Shown: positions 39,742 to 53,059 of the stretch, one piece after another
Numbering within the stretch: position 1 is the first letter of the stretch
How the letters are laid out: each line of letters opens with the position of its first letter
DNA from: Octopus sinensis
Taxonomy: Eukaryota
Reading direction: 5' to 3'
Length of the DNA stretch: 64,000 nt
Assembly: GCF_006345805.1 (NCBI RefSeq)
Contig: NC_043007.1
Span: forward strand, 17,484,001-17,548,000
Translations under genes and position numbers: made by a program
The notes under the pieces: generated by a model
What the model saw: only the letters and a program-made list of their open reading frames with translations
What the model was told of the DNA's origin: nothing
Databases searched by the model: none

Positions 39742-40147
39742 GGATCTTTTTGGTTTGAATGGCAGTTTTTAACATAATTTCTAGATAACTAAAAAATTTT
39801 TAACTTCGTATACTGGTAGAATGTGTTTATAAAACATCTTTTTCTCTTGGCTTTCTTGAGAAAATTCTATAGTTTGTAAGATATTTGTTGTTTTTTTTTC
39901 TGCAATTTCAACCAATCAATGACCTCCATTGAGGTAAAAAAAAAACATTCTGTGCCATATGAATATGTCCCTCGTTTAAGAAACAGATTGGGTTTATTCA
40001 CATTTGTGAAGAAAAAAAGATACCCTTCCCCCCACCCTAACCCTAAAACTGATTGAAATGCAATAGATCGATACTAGGGTCATAATTATGGGTGACAATT
40101 TCATATGACACTGCTAGAAAAAACTGCCATTCAAACCGAAAAGATCC
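39742..40147. mobile_element. Merlin-like MITE nested in a hAT-like MITE
   Basis: GGATC...GATCC TIRs; TSD CAATTCCT. Confidence 0.85.
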
Positions 40148-40874
40148 CAATTCCTGATAATATATAATTATAAAAACATAGTAAGATCTTTTTACATATA
40201 GTAAATAGTTGTGAGGGTCCAGTAGTGTAAAATAGGAATCAAAGAAATCCATTGGCAAACAAATGGTTGAGAACCATTGATCTAAATGATTTCTGTCCAT
40301 TTCTGATTTATACACTCACCAAACCCTTACATGCAGTGTGATAAACAGCACAATACTGCAATGTGATCAAAACATGTGGAATAATATTGGCTTCAACATA
40401 GCTTTCAACCATCTTTCAACCGTTCATTGATTTATGCGTGGAGAGAGAGCATTACTGCTGTCGTTTCTGTCTTTAACATTAACTACCCCCATTCCACCAC
40501 CCCAAAAAAAAAACTTCCAATATTAGACGAGGGTTGGAGAGAATGATTCACATTCTTTAATCAAGTAGCTATTGCCTCTTGCAAAATAAATTCTTTGAGC
40601 AAATATAACTAGTTTAAGTTGAAATTATCAAGGCTCTGGCATGGCTGTATGGCAAAATGTTTACCTCCCAACCACATGGTTCCAGGTTCAGTCCTACTGC
40701 ATGGCAACTTGGGCAAGTGTCTTCTACTATAGTTTTGGGCTGACCAAAGCCTTGTGAGTGGATTTCATAGACGGAAACTGGAAAAAACTTGTCATATATA
40801 TATATATTATCATCATCATTTAGTATCTGCCTTCCATGCTGGCATGGGTTGGACTATATATGTATATATATGAT

Positions 40875-41143
40875 GATGCTTCATCTTGACAAATGATAGC
40901 CATCCCATCAACACACACACACCATGCCCCATCACACAGCACAATCACTCCGTTGATGAGCCCTTAGATGACTTTTAAGACCAGCTGCTGACTGACAGAG
41001 TTTAAAACACAAGTGACAGATATTATTCAAGTTTCTTCTGTATCTTTGCCCTTTGGAATCTGATTCTGAAGGAATGTTTTTGCGAACTAGCATGTCTTTT
41101 AAGTTCAGATATTGCCATACAAATTTGGTGATGCATGGCACAA

Positions 41144-41145
<2 letters not shown>
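40875..41145 (-). mobile_element. RTE-like LINE 3' fragment with C2H2 finger
   Basis: NNICHLCFKLCQSAAGLKSHLRAH on the minus strand followed by an (ATC)n-like tail. Confidence 0.6.
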
Positions 41146-41194
<49 letters not shown>

Positions 41195-41353
41195 CTACAC
41201 TCGCGGAGTGGTTGGCGTTAGGAAGGGCATCCAGCTGTAGAAACACTGCCAGATCAGACTGGAGCCTGGTGCAGCCCCTAGCTTCCCAGGCCCCGGTTGA
41301 ACCGTCCAACCCGTGCTAGCACGGAAAATGGACGTTAAACGATGATGATGATG

Positions 41354-41378
<25 letters not shown>

Positions 41379-41384
<6 letters not shown>

Positions 41385-41554
41385 CTGAAATGTATAGTAT
41401 TAAATATCCATCACGGCTGGTCCTACCAATCGGTTTTGCATAAGGAATACAATGGAGTGTTAGGTAACAAACTGATTCCTTTGTGTTCTTTACACGAAAG
41501 CAGTTGGTGAGACCAGCCCTGGAGGATATATAATACTATACATTTTGGATAATA
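41379..41554. repeat. Imperfect ~75-bp-arm inverted repeat between TA microsatellites
   Basis: TATTATCTGAAATGTATAGTATT... pairs with ...TAATACTATACATTTTGGATAATA. Confidence 0.75.
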
Positions 41555-41810
41555 TTACCTATTCTACTACGTTTCCATCTTTTCCCTGACTTATGGTCTC
41601 TTAGACGTCTCATATAGACACACACGCACACACATATATATAGGAGTAGCTGTGTGGGAAGTAGCTTGCTTACGAACTACATGGTTCTGGGTTCAGTCCC
41701 ACTGCGTGGCACCTTGGGCAAATGTCTTCTACTATAGCCTCGAACCAACCAAAGCCTTGTGAGTGGATTTCGTAGACGGAAACTGGAAGAAGCCCGTCAT
41801 ATATATATAT

Positions 41811-41850
<40 letters not shown>

Positions 41851-43888
41851 CTTAATAGTTTGGCAAAAGAGACTGATAGAATAAGTACTAGGCTTACAAA
41901 GAATAAGTCCCTGGGTCGATTTGATTCGACTAAAGGCAGTGCTCCAGCATGGCCGCAGTCAAATGACTGAAACAAGTAAGAGAATAAAATGCTACATCAT
42001 TGACAACTAGATTTCTTTAACAGCATGACATAGAGAAAATATTCTCACTTTTTAATGATTACTTCTTTCCAAAATATAATGATAATACAGATAGATTAGA
42101 GACAAGGCTTTCAATTTATAGGTGAGGCAGTTGTTTGAAATTCATGTACTTTATTGATTTCTTCTCAAAAAAAAGTTAAAAAGAAAACAAATATAATGCC
42201 AAATTTGATGAAATCCATCTAAACAAACAGCTTTTTCTATACCACTTGGTGTACAAACTTATACATTTATTTACTAATACTTGCACCATTTTTTTCAGCG
42301 TGCACACTGAAATCTGTGTCATGCTAATGAGGTCATAATAAGATTAGGACATGTCCAGAGTTGACTCACATTTTTCCCAATTTACCTAAAATAATATTAG
42401 TCGCTGACTAATGTTGTTTGGGTGTTGTTTTCCTCCATGCATAATTATTTCAAGTTACCATTTTTAATGGTCCTTGCATTATGTGTGTTAACACCATGGT
42501 GTGAATTTACAATTAAGAAAGATAAAGCTAATTACAGGGATTACTGAAATCAGCTTTTTTTTTTTATTTAATTAAAAAACCAATGAAAGTAGTTTCTGAA
42601 ATTGGAAGATTATTATTATTTGGGTCAATAAGGCAGTAAGCTGGTAGAATCGTTGGCACACCAGGCAAAATGCTTCGTGGCATTTCATCTGTCGTCTTTG
42701 CATTCTGAGTTCAAATTACATCATGGCTGACTTTTCCTTTCATTCCTTTGGGGTCAATAAAACAAGTACCTGTAATCGACTAGTCCCCACCTTCCAAAAA
42801 TTTCAGGCCTTGTGCCTATAGTAGAAAGGATTATTATTTTGGCAGTTTTACTTTATAAAACATGTTTGTATTGGTGTACCATATTAATGGGGTTTTAATT
42901 TTTGGCATCAAAATATTGCCAAAGTTGTCAATATCGTCAAAATTACTGACAGATAATAAACTGGAAGTATTGATATAAAGTAGTTCACCATCACTTGGCA
43001 TGTTGGATATCTTTAGTGGAATCCAGTTGTTGCCACAACACAGGCTAGAATACCTTTCTCCTTCTTGACTAAAAGATGAAAACAAAATTAGGATAATTCT
43101 AAATATTCATGTTTTTGTAACAACTTTTGTGTAATTCATGGCACTGTATCATCTCTAATTAGAAAGTTTAATGTAGATCTGGTTTTTTTTTTTGTTTTTT
43201 TACTAACATTTTGGGTTTTTGAAGAAGTATTTTAACTGTAGAATTAACTTGAATTATTTCAATTCCATGCATATTTACAAATATCGGTGTGTGTGTGTGT
43301 GTGTGTATTACACTTCTCTAATAAGAAAGAACTTTTTCTTACTCCAGCAGTTTAATTCTAAGTTCTCAATGGTATCAACTATTAATCTCTATCCGTGTGT
43401 GTGTGAGAGAGAAAGAAAGAAAGAACATAGTGTCATCTTTGTTGTCTTTTTCTATGTTGGCATAGAGATATTCACAACAATCCTTACTGTCTAAGTCACT
43501 TCTTATTTAGAATTACTGCTCCCTTAGACGGGTCAAGGACATCTCACTTGTATATTCTATTTTTCGCATAGTGTAATATGGCTGGATACTCTTCCTATTG
43601 CCAGTCACTTTACAAAATGTAGACAATGCATTTTATTGTGACTCCAGCACTAGTGGGGTTACCTTGCCCACAGTAAGGCTAATCTATGATGTCTCATTCT
43701 TGGCAGAAGTATAGTGAGTGACGAAAGAGAATTAGAACAAGGGAGAGATATAGATAAGAGGAAGACATAATGGAAGAGAAGCAGAATAAGAGAATGGTAG
43801 AAGAGAGAATGATAGACGACTACATGAAGATAGTTAGTAAGGAGATTTGTTAGAAAAATGTAAGGAGCAAACATTCTAAACTTGTTTG

Positions 43889-44309
43889 GGATCTTTTCAG
43901 TTTGAACGGCAGTTTTTAACGTAATTTCTAGGTAACTAAAAAATTTTAAACTTCGTATACTGGTAGAATGTGTTTATAAAACATCTTTTACTCTTGGCTA
44001 TATTGAGAAAATTCTATAGTTTGTAAGATATTTGTTGTTTTTTTTCTTCAATTTCTGCAATTTCAACCAATCAATGACGTCTATTCAGGTAAAAAAAAAC
44101 ATTCTGTGCCATATGAATATGTCCCTCATTTAAGAAACAGATTGGGTTTATTTACATTTGTGAAGAAAAAAAGATACCCTTCCCCCCCACCCCTAACCCA
44201 AATCCTTAAATAGATTGAAATGCAATAGATCGATACTAGGGTTATAATTATGGGTGACAATTTCATATGACACCGCTAGAAAAAACTGCCGTTCAAACCG
44301 AAAAGATCC
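43889..44309. mobile_element. Merlin-like MITE
   Basis: GGATC...GATCC TIRs; TSD CTTGTTTG. Confidence 0.85.
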
Positions 44310-44745
44310 CTTGTTTGATCTCAAAAAGTATTTATATTTTTACATCGGTACTCCTGTATGTTTTTGGGGGAAGACGTAAAAGAAACGTGCTTTTTTTAAC
44401 AACAGAATTTTTCTGTTTCTTATATGAGAGTAAGCTACACTTTCCTGAATCATATGTGTTCTGGATCAAATTCAAAACAATGCTTCTTTGTTTAATAGAT
44501 TACAAATGTCTGGGTGCCAAAGCCAACAGCTTTTCAATCTCATTGATTGAAATTGATATAATAATAATAAAAAAAAAAGGACCAAAAAAAAACTGGCAGT
44601 GGTAAATTTGGGAGAAGTAGGTTAAAGGTTGAAGTGTTCTACAATTGCTGGAGGAGAGATGATTGAGGTTGGGGTCAGTCTAGACAAAGATCGATATAAT
44701 AGATCTGCAGCTTATAGGTTTGATCTTTCAGTATTTACCAGTTAT

Positions 44746-44979
44746 AAGGTGGCTTGCTGGCAGAATCGTTAGCACGCCGGGTGAAATGCTAAGCGATATT
44801 TCGTCTTCCGTTACGTTCTGAGTTCAAATTCTGCCGAGGTCGATTTTGCCTTTCATCCTTTCGGGGTCGATAAATTAAGTACCAGTTATGCACTGGGGTC
44901 AATATAATCGACTTAATCCGTTTGTCTGTCCTTGTTTGTCCCCTTTGTGTTTAGTCCCTTGTGGGTAGTAAAGAAATAA
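44746..44979 (+). mobile_element. Family A SINE
   Basis: Full-length; flanking duplication AGTATTTACCAGTTAT. Confidence 0.85.
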
Positions 44980-45249
44980 GTATTTACCAGTTATGAGTGT
45001 CAAAATGCCTGCTTGTTTGCTGTAGTCATTTTGTGTAATCAGAGTAGGTCTTGGAGAGAAAATACATAACTGCTATAGTGGTGAGCAACAGTGAATGTTT
45101 AATAAGTAAACCACTCCTTTATATGAGCTATCCTCATTCAGAGGTCTGGAAACATAAGGTACACAGTCATTTAGTGGTTGAATTCTACCTGTACACCCTA
45201 TTTTATCCCCAGCTATATTTGAGAAACTAAGTGCTAAGTTCTTGTTTAA

Positions 45250-45635
45250 CCCTTTAGCATTTAAACCAGCCATATCCAGCCCAAATATATTACCTATTTT
45301 ATGTCAAAAGTAACAAGATCTGGCCTCTCACACCTGTGCTACAATGTCATTCTAAAATAAACAATCACATCGTTAAAATCTCAAAGCTCTGAGGTAACAC
45401 ATGATTAATTCAAAAACAGGTGGCACGTAAAAAGCACCCACTACACTCTCAGAGTGGTTGGCATTAGGAAGGGCATCCAGCTGTAGAAACTCTGCCAGAT
45501 CAAGATTGGAACCTGGTGCAGCCATCTGGTTCGCCAGTCCTCAGTCAAATCGTCCAACCCATGCTAGCATGGAAAGCGGACGTTAAACGATGATGTTGAT
45601 GATGCATTTGACAGAATAATCTGAATACTAAAGGG
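45250..45635. mobile_element. piggyBac-like MITE interrupted by a family C SINE 3' part (about 45417-45603)
   Basis: TTAA|CCCTTTAG...CTAAAGGG|TTAA with the SINE inside. Confidence 0.8.
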
Positions 45636-47050
45636 TTAATATTAGGTTAGCCCTGATCAAGTAGACTTGTGATCAAAGGTATTCCAGATATGATCATCCC
45701 CTCTTTTCCCTTCACACAAACCCAGGACCATATTCGCCATCATGTCTCATCATCATCATCATCGTTTAATGTCTGCTTTCCATGGGTTGGATGGTTTGAC
45801 ATGAAGGTGGCTAGCAGGGAGCTGTCCTGACTCCAACTGTCTGTTGAGGCAAGGTTTCTACAGCTGGATGCCCTTTCTAGTACCAACCACTTAACAGAGT
45901 ATGATAGGTGCTTTCTACATGTCACCAGTATGACTGCATTTATGCTGCACTGGCACGGGTGCATTAACGCAGCACCAGCACAGGTGCTTTTTAAGTGGAA
46001 CCAGACTTGTCTGAAATGGTAGGGTATGGTTTTAGTAGCTGCTATTTCTAGCTAGTTAAACAACAAGTAGGCAGCTTGTGGATTTGATACAGCGAGGTGG
46101 TCAAGTTTCGAGTGTGTTTGACTGACTTACGAAAAAAAAAACAATTAAAAACAATTGAGATGTCATTGGAAATATTACAATAACTTCATGCAGAATTTCC
46201 TATCGCTGCTGCAGTAATTGGTCAATGTTATCTATGCCCATGATCAAAAAGAACCTATATTGACTCCCTTAAGAAGTTTTAAACTTTTCCTGCATGGTAA
46301 AAGTCTAATATCACTTAGTAGGTTGTCTCTCATGAAATCAAACTATGATTTTGTTATCAGTTCTAATAAATATATATACTGCTGAAACTAACTTGATACA
46401 GGATTGAACTGAAGTCTTTTATAAATCTATCTTTTTTTTAGTGTGGAGGTGTGTGTATAATTCAAAATATAATTAACCAAGGGAAATCACTCAAGTGGAC
46501 CATTGGCTTGATTTTAAGTAAATAAGTTATGGACTGATATACTGAATGGTGCATGCTAAAGATCCTTCCCAATTCAAATCTTCCTCTTAGTTGAGTAAAA
46601 TATAAATAAATAAACTAGTGGGCATGGTTGTGTGATAAGAAGCTTGCTTCCCAACCACATGATTTCGGGTTCAGTCCCACTGCATGGCACTTTTGGCAAT
46701 TATCTTCTATCAACCCAAGCCACCTGAGTAGATTTAGTAGACAGAACCTGAAAGACACCCATTGGATATATACATGCATGTGTGTCTTTGTATTTGTCAC
46801 CACCACCACCATTTGACAACCATTGTTGGTTTGTTGATGTCCCCATAACTTATCAGCTTGGCAACAGTGACTAATAGATTAAGTAACAGACTTTAAAATA
46901 TAAGTACTGGGGTTGGTTTGTTCAACTAAAACCCTTCAAAATGTTGCCCCAGCTTGGCCACATTTCCAATAACTGAAACAAAAGATAATTCTTAGCAGCT
47001 TGCAGAAAGAGGAAATAATTTTTAAAAATTGATTTCGCTAAATTTCACTA

Positions 47051-47455
47051 GGCATAGGAGTGGCTGTGTGGTAAGTAACTTGCTTACGAACCACATGGTT
47101 CCGGGTTCAGTCCCACTGCATGGCACCTTGGGCAAGTGTCTTCTACTATAGCCTCGGGCTGACCAAAGACTTGCGAGTGGATTTGGTAGAGGGAAACTGA
47201 AAGAAGCCCGTCGTGTATATGTATATATATGTGTGTGTGTGTTTATGTGTTTGTGTGTCTGTGTTTGTCCCCTCAACATCGCTTGACAACCGATGCTGGT
47301 ATGTTTATGTCCCTGTAACTTAGAAGTTCAGCAAAAGATACCGATAGAATAAGTACTAGGCTTACAAAGAATAATTCCTGGGGTCAATTTGTTCGACTCA
47401 AGGCGGTGCTCCAGCATGGCCACAGTCAAATGACTGAAACAAGTAAAAGAGTAAA
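47051..47455 (+). mobile_element. Family B SINE
   Basis: Full-length match to 4165-4555. Confidence 0.85.
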
Positions 47456-48015
47456 TTAATTGACATTCTTAGAAGAAGATTAAGATATATATGAGTTGGC
47501 TAACCGGGAGCTGTCCAAACTCCAACTGTCAGCTTATTTTATGGAGCTTTACAATGCTAAAATAAATTAAAATGCCTTGAAAAATGTAATGAAGTAAATT
47601 ATGTCAAGGTTTCCTGGAAGAAGTTTAAGAAAGACAGAAACTTTAAGAGATAACTTCTTACTGGGAAAATGTATGTATGTACACACACACATGTATGTAT
47701 GTACATGCATGCATATTTTTTCATCTGGCCTCATATTTTTTCTACTTTGTTTGTAACATCCCATACATAAAATATTGTGACAGCAGGTCTCTCTCTGGAT
47801 GACATTTAAGAATTATGATAGTCAAAGCTGTTTCATTGAATTTAAGACACGTGGCACCTTGGGCAAGTGTTTTCTGCTATAGCCTTTGGCTGACCAAAGC
47901 CTTGTGATTGATTTTGCTAGGCAGAAGTTTCTGTCATGTGTGTACATGTGGGTGTAAGTGCTTGTGCCTCCTAACAGAGAAGAGGGAACATGAAGCAGAG
48001 TGGCTGTTGGTTTAA

Positions 48016-48235
48016 CCCTTTAATGTTTAAACTGGCCATATCCAGCCCAAATATTCTACATCATTTATATTTGAACTAGCCATATCTAACCTCTCACACC
48101 TAACCTACATTGACATTCTAAAAATAAATATTCACATCATTGAAACCTCAAAGCTATGAGATAATGCAGGATTAATTCAAAACAATTTGAGTGAAAAAGC
48201 ATTACATTTAACAGAGTAATCTGAACATGAAAGGG
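48016..48235. mobile_element. piggyBac-like MITE
   Basis: TTAA|CCCTTT...AAAGGG|TTAA. Confidence 0.8.
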
Positions 48236-48436
48236 TTAAACTGCTGTGTGGTTAAAAAGCTTGCTTCCCAATCATGTGTTCTTGGGTTCTGTCCCACTAC
48301 ACAGCACCTTGGGTAAACAACTTCTACTATAACCTCGGGTTGACCAAAGCCTTGTGAGTGGATTTGCTAGACCAAAACTGAAAGAAACCTGTCATATATG
48401 TGTATATTTATGTTTTTGTGTGCTTTTATCTTCTTT

Positions 48437-48817
48437 TAGCACTCCGTCGGTTACGACGATGAGGGTTCCGGTTGATCCGAATCAACGGAACAGCCTGCTC
48501 GTGAAATTAACGTGTAAGTGGCTGAGCACTCCACAGACTCGTGTACCCTTAACGCAGTTCTCGGGGATATTCAGCGTGACACAGAGAGTGACAAGGCCAG
48601 CCCTTTGAAATACAGGTACAACAGACACAGGAAGTAAGAGTGAGAGAAAGTTGTGGTGAAAGAGTACAGCAGGGATCACCACCATCCCCTGCCGGAGCCT
48701 TGTGGAGCTTTAGGTGTTTTCGCTCAATAAACACTCACAACGCCCGGTCTGGGAATCGAAACCGCGATCCTATGATCGCAAGTCCACTGCCCTAACCACT
48801 GGGCCATTGCGCCTCCA
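48437..48817 (-). mobile_element. Family D SINE, tail type 2
   Basis: Same tRNA head as 25470, different 3' half (shared with the SINE at about 29722-29933). Confidence 0.8.
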
Positions 48818-48831
48818 CAAACAATGTGCTA

Positions 48832-48951
48832 TGCTTACTGCACCTAGGTTTTCCCAAGCGGTCACCCATCTAAGTATTGACTAGGCTCGACGTTGCTTAA
48901 CTTCGGTGATCAGACGAGAACCGGTGCTTTCAATGTGATATGGCCGTAAGC
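48832..48951 (-). rRNA. 5S rRNA copy, full length, probably a pseudogene or retro-copy
   Basis: Minus strand GCTTACGGCCATATCACATTGAAAGCACCGGTTCTCGTCTGATCACCGAAGTTAAGCAACGTCGAGCC...GATGGGTGACCGCTTGGGAA..GGTGCAGTAAGCA; terminal helix GCTTAC/GTAAGC; single copy, no oligo-T terminator. Confidence 0.9.
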
Positions 48952-49987
48952 CTTTGTCTAGATATCACATAATAGTTGTAAATAAGTATCATTGTCTTCC
49001 AAGTTGAAGTTGCTCGTTTCCAGTTTTTCAAGTAAAACATGTTTTCCTATGGGAAAAGTATTGCCTTGTTTGGAAAACAGATGAGGGTTGGCAACAGGAA
49101 GGGCATTCAGCTGTAGAATAATCTGCCTCGACAAATTCTGTCCATCGTTCAGACAGCAAACTGGTAGATTCATTAGCATACAAGACAAAATTCTTAGTGG
49201 CATTTCTTCTGGCTTTCCATTCTGAGTTCAGATTCTACCAAGGTTGATTTTTGCCTGTCATCCTTTCAAGGATGCTAAGTTACAGGGACACAAACACACC
49301 AGCATCGGTTGTTAAGCGATGTTGAGGGAACAAACACAGACTCATAAACATACACACACATACATATATATATATATTATATATATATACATACGACGGG
49401 CTTCTTTCAGTTTCCATCTACCAAATCCACTCACAAGGCTTTGGTCAGCCTGAGGCTATAGTAGAAGACACTTGCCCAGGTGCCAAACAGTGGGAATGAA
49501 CCCGGAACCATGTGGTTGGTAAGCAAGCTACTTACCACACAACCGCTCCTGCGCCTGCATTATAGTTGTATTATTTTAAAGAATGTTGTTGCATAAGGCT
49601 GGACCAATGCAAGAGGGTACAGGGTAAACTACAAAAGGAAAAGAAAACAGGAAAAAATTGCAGTTTAACCTTGTATTTCTATATTTTGGGGTGAAGTATT
49701 ATTTGTTTCACTTTTCCTGATAAAATTGGAGACCAGTGCTACTTTACAATTGAATAAGTATCACGAAGCTGAGAGATCAAACTGTAAGAAGTACTTGGTC
49801 TGATAATTCATAAACAAGCAATTGTAATTTATAGATTCATTCCACCCTAATTGTAATTCTATTTCATAAATGAAAGAAACACCAGCATTTCATGGTGGTG
49901 CCTCAACATGACTGCAGCTTTGAAACTGAAGCAAGTTGTAGAGTATCATAGGTGCTGGCATGGCTGTGTGGTAAGAAGTTTGCTTGT

Positions 49988-50220
49988 AAGGCGGTGAGGT
50001 GGCAAAAATGTTAGCAGGCCGGTCAAAATGCTTACTGGTATTTTGTCTGTCTTTACGTTCTGAGTTCAAATTCCGCCAAGGTTGACTTTGCCTTTCATCC
50101 TTTCGGGGTCGATAAATTAAGTACCAGTTACGCACTGGGATCGATGTAATCGATTTAATCAGTTTGTCTGTCCTTGTTTGTTCCCTCTACGTTTAGCCCC
50201 TTGTGGGCAATAAAGAAATA
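49988..50220 (+). mobile_element. Family A SINE nested in a family B SINE
   Basis: Duplication TAAGAAGTTTGCTTG on both sides; host SINE resumes afterwards. Confidence 0.85.
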
Positions 50221-51299
50221 AGAAGTTTGCTTGCCAAGCACATGGTTCTGGCACCTTGGGCAAGTGTCTTCTACCATAGCCTTGGGCTGATCAAAGCCTT
50301 GCGAATGGATTTGATTTACAGAAACTGAAAGAAGCCTGTTGTGTGTGTGTTTGTCTGTTTATCCCCCACTACCATTTGACTACTGGTGCTGGTGTGTTTA
50401 CATCCCCATAGCTTAGCAGTTCAGCAAAACAGACCTAGAGCATAAGTACCAGCCTCAGAAAAATACAAGTGCTGGAGTCAATTTGTTTGACTAAAATTCT
50501 TCAAGGCACTGCCCAAGCATGACAGTAGTCAACTAAAACAAATGAAAAATGAAAAATTTCTGTGTGAGAAGATACTTTATTAATCTAAGTATTGTTGTTT
50601 GATGACAATGATCTGACTTAAAATTACTACAAAGAGTTTATTTTTAAGTTCTGATGTATATCTCTCAGTATCTGTTTGTGAGGGTTGTCTTTCAAACATT
50701 ATTGTTTTCATATTTAATGGATCTGTTAGTTTTGACATTGAATTTTCAGTTGTTCAACCAACTGAACGATCTACTCTTTAGATTAATGTTTAATATGTAA
50801 GGTTGAACTGTTGATAGATATGTATGGCTTTAAGGTAGCTATCAGGCTGAATCAAAATTTTGAACTAATAGAACTCTCTATTCAGTCCCTCAGCCTGCTA
50901 GAAACAGCAGTCAATTCTCTTTCATTTAATGCCATACTATTGTGGAAAGGATCCTTTGAAAAGTTTAATAAGATCTACATAAAAGACAATATGGCCACAG
51001 TTGGAATGTCTTTGATTATAGCCTGCTCACTCAGGGCTGACTTGGGACTAGATAATAGCTAATAATAATAATAAGCAGCTTTCTCAATTATAGTATAGAT
51101 AATCCTTATAATCATCAAATTAGTGTTCATCATTTTATCATCTAGTTATTGATAGATGTGCCTACCATACAACATATCCTTACATGACCTAATTTTTGTC
51201 CCCTAATCTATGACTCATCATCCTCAGATTGAATTTCACTATTTATTCAGTTTTCCGATGGCATTAGTCTCCTCTTTGGAGAGCTCATAGCACGTTTTT

Positions 51300-51996
51300 C
51301 ATTGAATATTCATTACCTATTCACATCACGTCTATCATCAGAATAATTGTCTCACTTGCTCACATCAGCTTATATCTAATACTTAACCACTCTATCAGTC
51401 CATTTGTATTCCACCTTTCATGCTGGTTGCTTCATTTCCCCCCCCCCCCCAGATTCCATACATCTTCCACGCTTGCTTTCTGTATCTCACCTCCATGTTA
51501 TCAATGCTTTTTAAATGAATCATGTAATCTTCTGCATGAAAAGAGAAAGTTTGTTGCCAATAGAGGAAAAGAGATTTTTCACTTCTTACTCTAGTATACC
51601 ATCCTTTTGCTATATCCACTAATGTATAAACTTCAATTCACAAGTGCACCAACAAGTGACTCTTGTATATCCATCACATCTGAAATCCTGTTTTTTGTTT
51701 TTTTATTAGCTTCATAGAAATCTCACAGCAGTTTGGTATAGTCAAAGTCCTTACATAAAATATGACCACTTCACATGTTGCACGAATGTTTTGAGTTTCT
51801 TTGGTTTTTCTCACGTTGACCTTTAAATATTAGGTCATTCTTCTGAGTAGGGAACTTTTTATGCAACATTTTGACTGTTTTCAGTATAAGGTTATAAGTA
51901 TGCAGACATTTCCCAAACTGGCCAGTCCTGAATTCCTGTGCCATAGTTTCAAGGACTGCAGTGAATAGAATAGAGAACAACCTTCATGAACACCCC
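51300..51996 (-). mobile_element. Degenerate RTE-like LINE reverse transcriptase fragment
   Basis: Minus strand GVHEG..LFTAVLETMAQEFRTG resembles the RTE motif preceding YADD; many disablements; left boundary approximate. Confidence 0.45.
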
Positions 51997-52214
51997 CTTA
52001 ACCCTTTGGCATTTAAACCAGCCATATCCAGCCAAAATATTCTACTTGTTTTATCTTCAAAATTGTCATATCTGGCCTTTCACACCTACCCTACAAAGTC
52101 ATTTTGAAAATAAACAACCTCATCATCAAAATCTGAAAGCTATGAAGTAATGCGTGATTAATTCAAAATAATGTGAAATCATAAGCATTATATTTGAAAC
52201 AGTAATCTGAATAC

Positions 52215-52631
52215 CGACGTCTGGCAGATGACTTGGCAGACACTCATAAAATTATTAACCATCTTACTAACAATAACTCTGAGCACCTTACCTGTCTAGC
52301 ACCTGTGGACATATTTACAAAGTCAGAAAACAGCACAGCTCCCATGACTTTTGGAAACATTTTTTCACGCTAAGAGTTGCTGAAGCATGGAACAAACTGC
52401 TGGCATCAGTTATTTGTTGTTGGAGTACCGCATCCTTCAAACCTTCCATGCTTTCTGAGATTCGCCAACGCTACACCTGATTTTTCTCCCCTCCATACAC
52501 ACGCAAGCATGTATCTGACTCATACATTGTTCGCTTTCCAGACATTTGTACATTACTGCATATGCTTTATATGCACTTTTGATAAGTTGTGGTGCACCTG
52601 AGCACTGTATACAATAATTCCATTATTATTT
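52215..52631 (+). mobile_element. CR1/L2-group LINE 3' end
   Basis: Colinear with 29108-29529. Confidence 0.85.
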
Positions 52632-52987
52632 ATATTTCTCACTGGATTAACTGCGAACATAACTTTGCTTACACCACCCTCATTAATTTCCCTTCTACAA
52701 ATGTCATTTGTAAGCCTAGGAGGACCATTCACAAAAATTTCTTAATGAAATATTTTGCACTTTCTGTTACTGGCTCTGTGCCTAGACAAACAAAAATTGT
52801 TTTCATATTGAATTATATCAGTTCACTACATTTTAATCAAAATCTTTGTATTCAGTATTGCTGATAGTAAACAACTTTACTTGTATCAACTATGTTTCGT
52901 CGAGTAAGTAAAAACTTAAAAACAGAATTTTTGCATTATCTTAGCTATGTGAAATGAAATAAAATCCCGATTCTATTTCTGTTTCAG

Positions 52988-53059
52988 TTCTGCAGCCTCT
53001 GTGATAAAGACTGCCCCTGTTTAGTATCTCCTCAGAAACCCAATTGCGAAATGTGTAAA
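52988..53059 (+). CDS. HRC: HRC-like protein, exon 2 of 5
   Basis: TTTCAG|TTC...AAA|GTAAGT; FCSLCDKDCPCLVSPQKPNCEMCK, 72 nt, phase 0-0. Confidence 0.9.
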
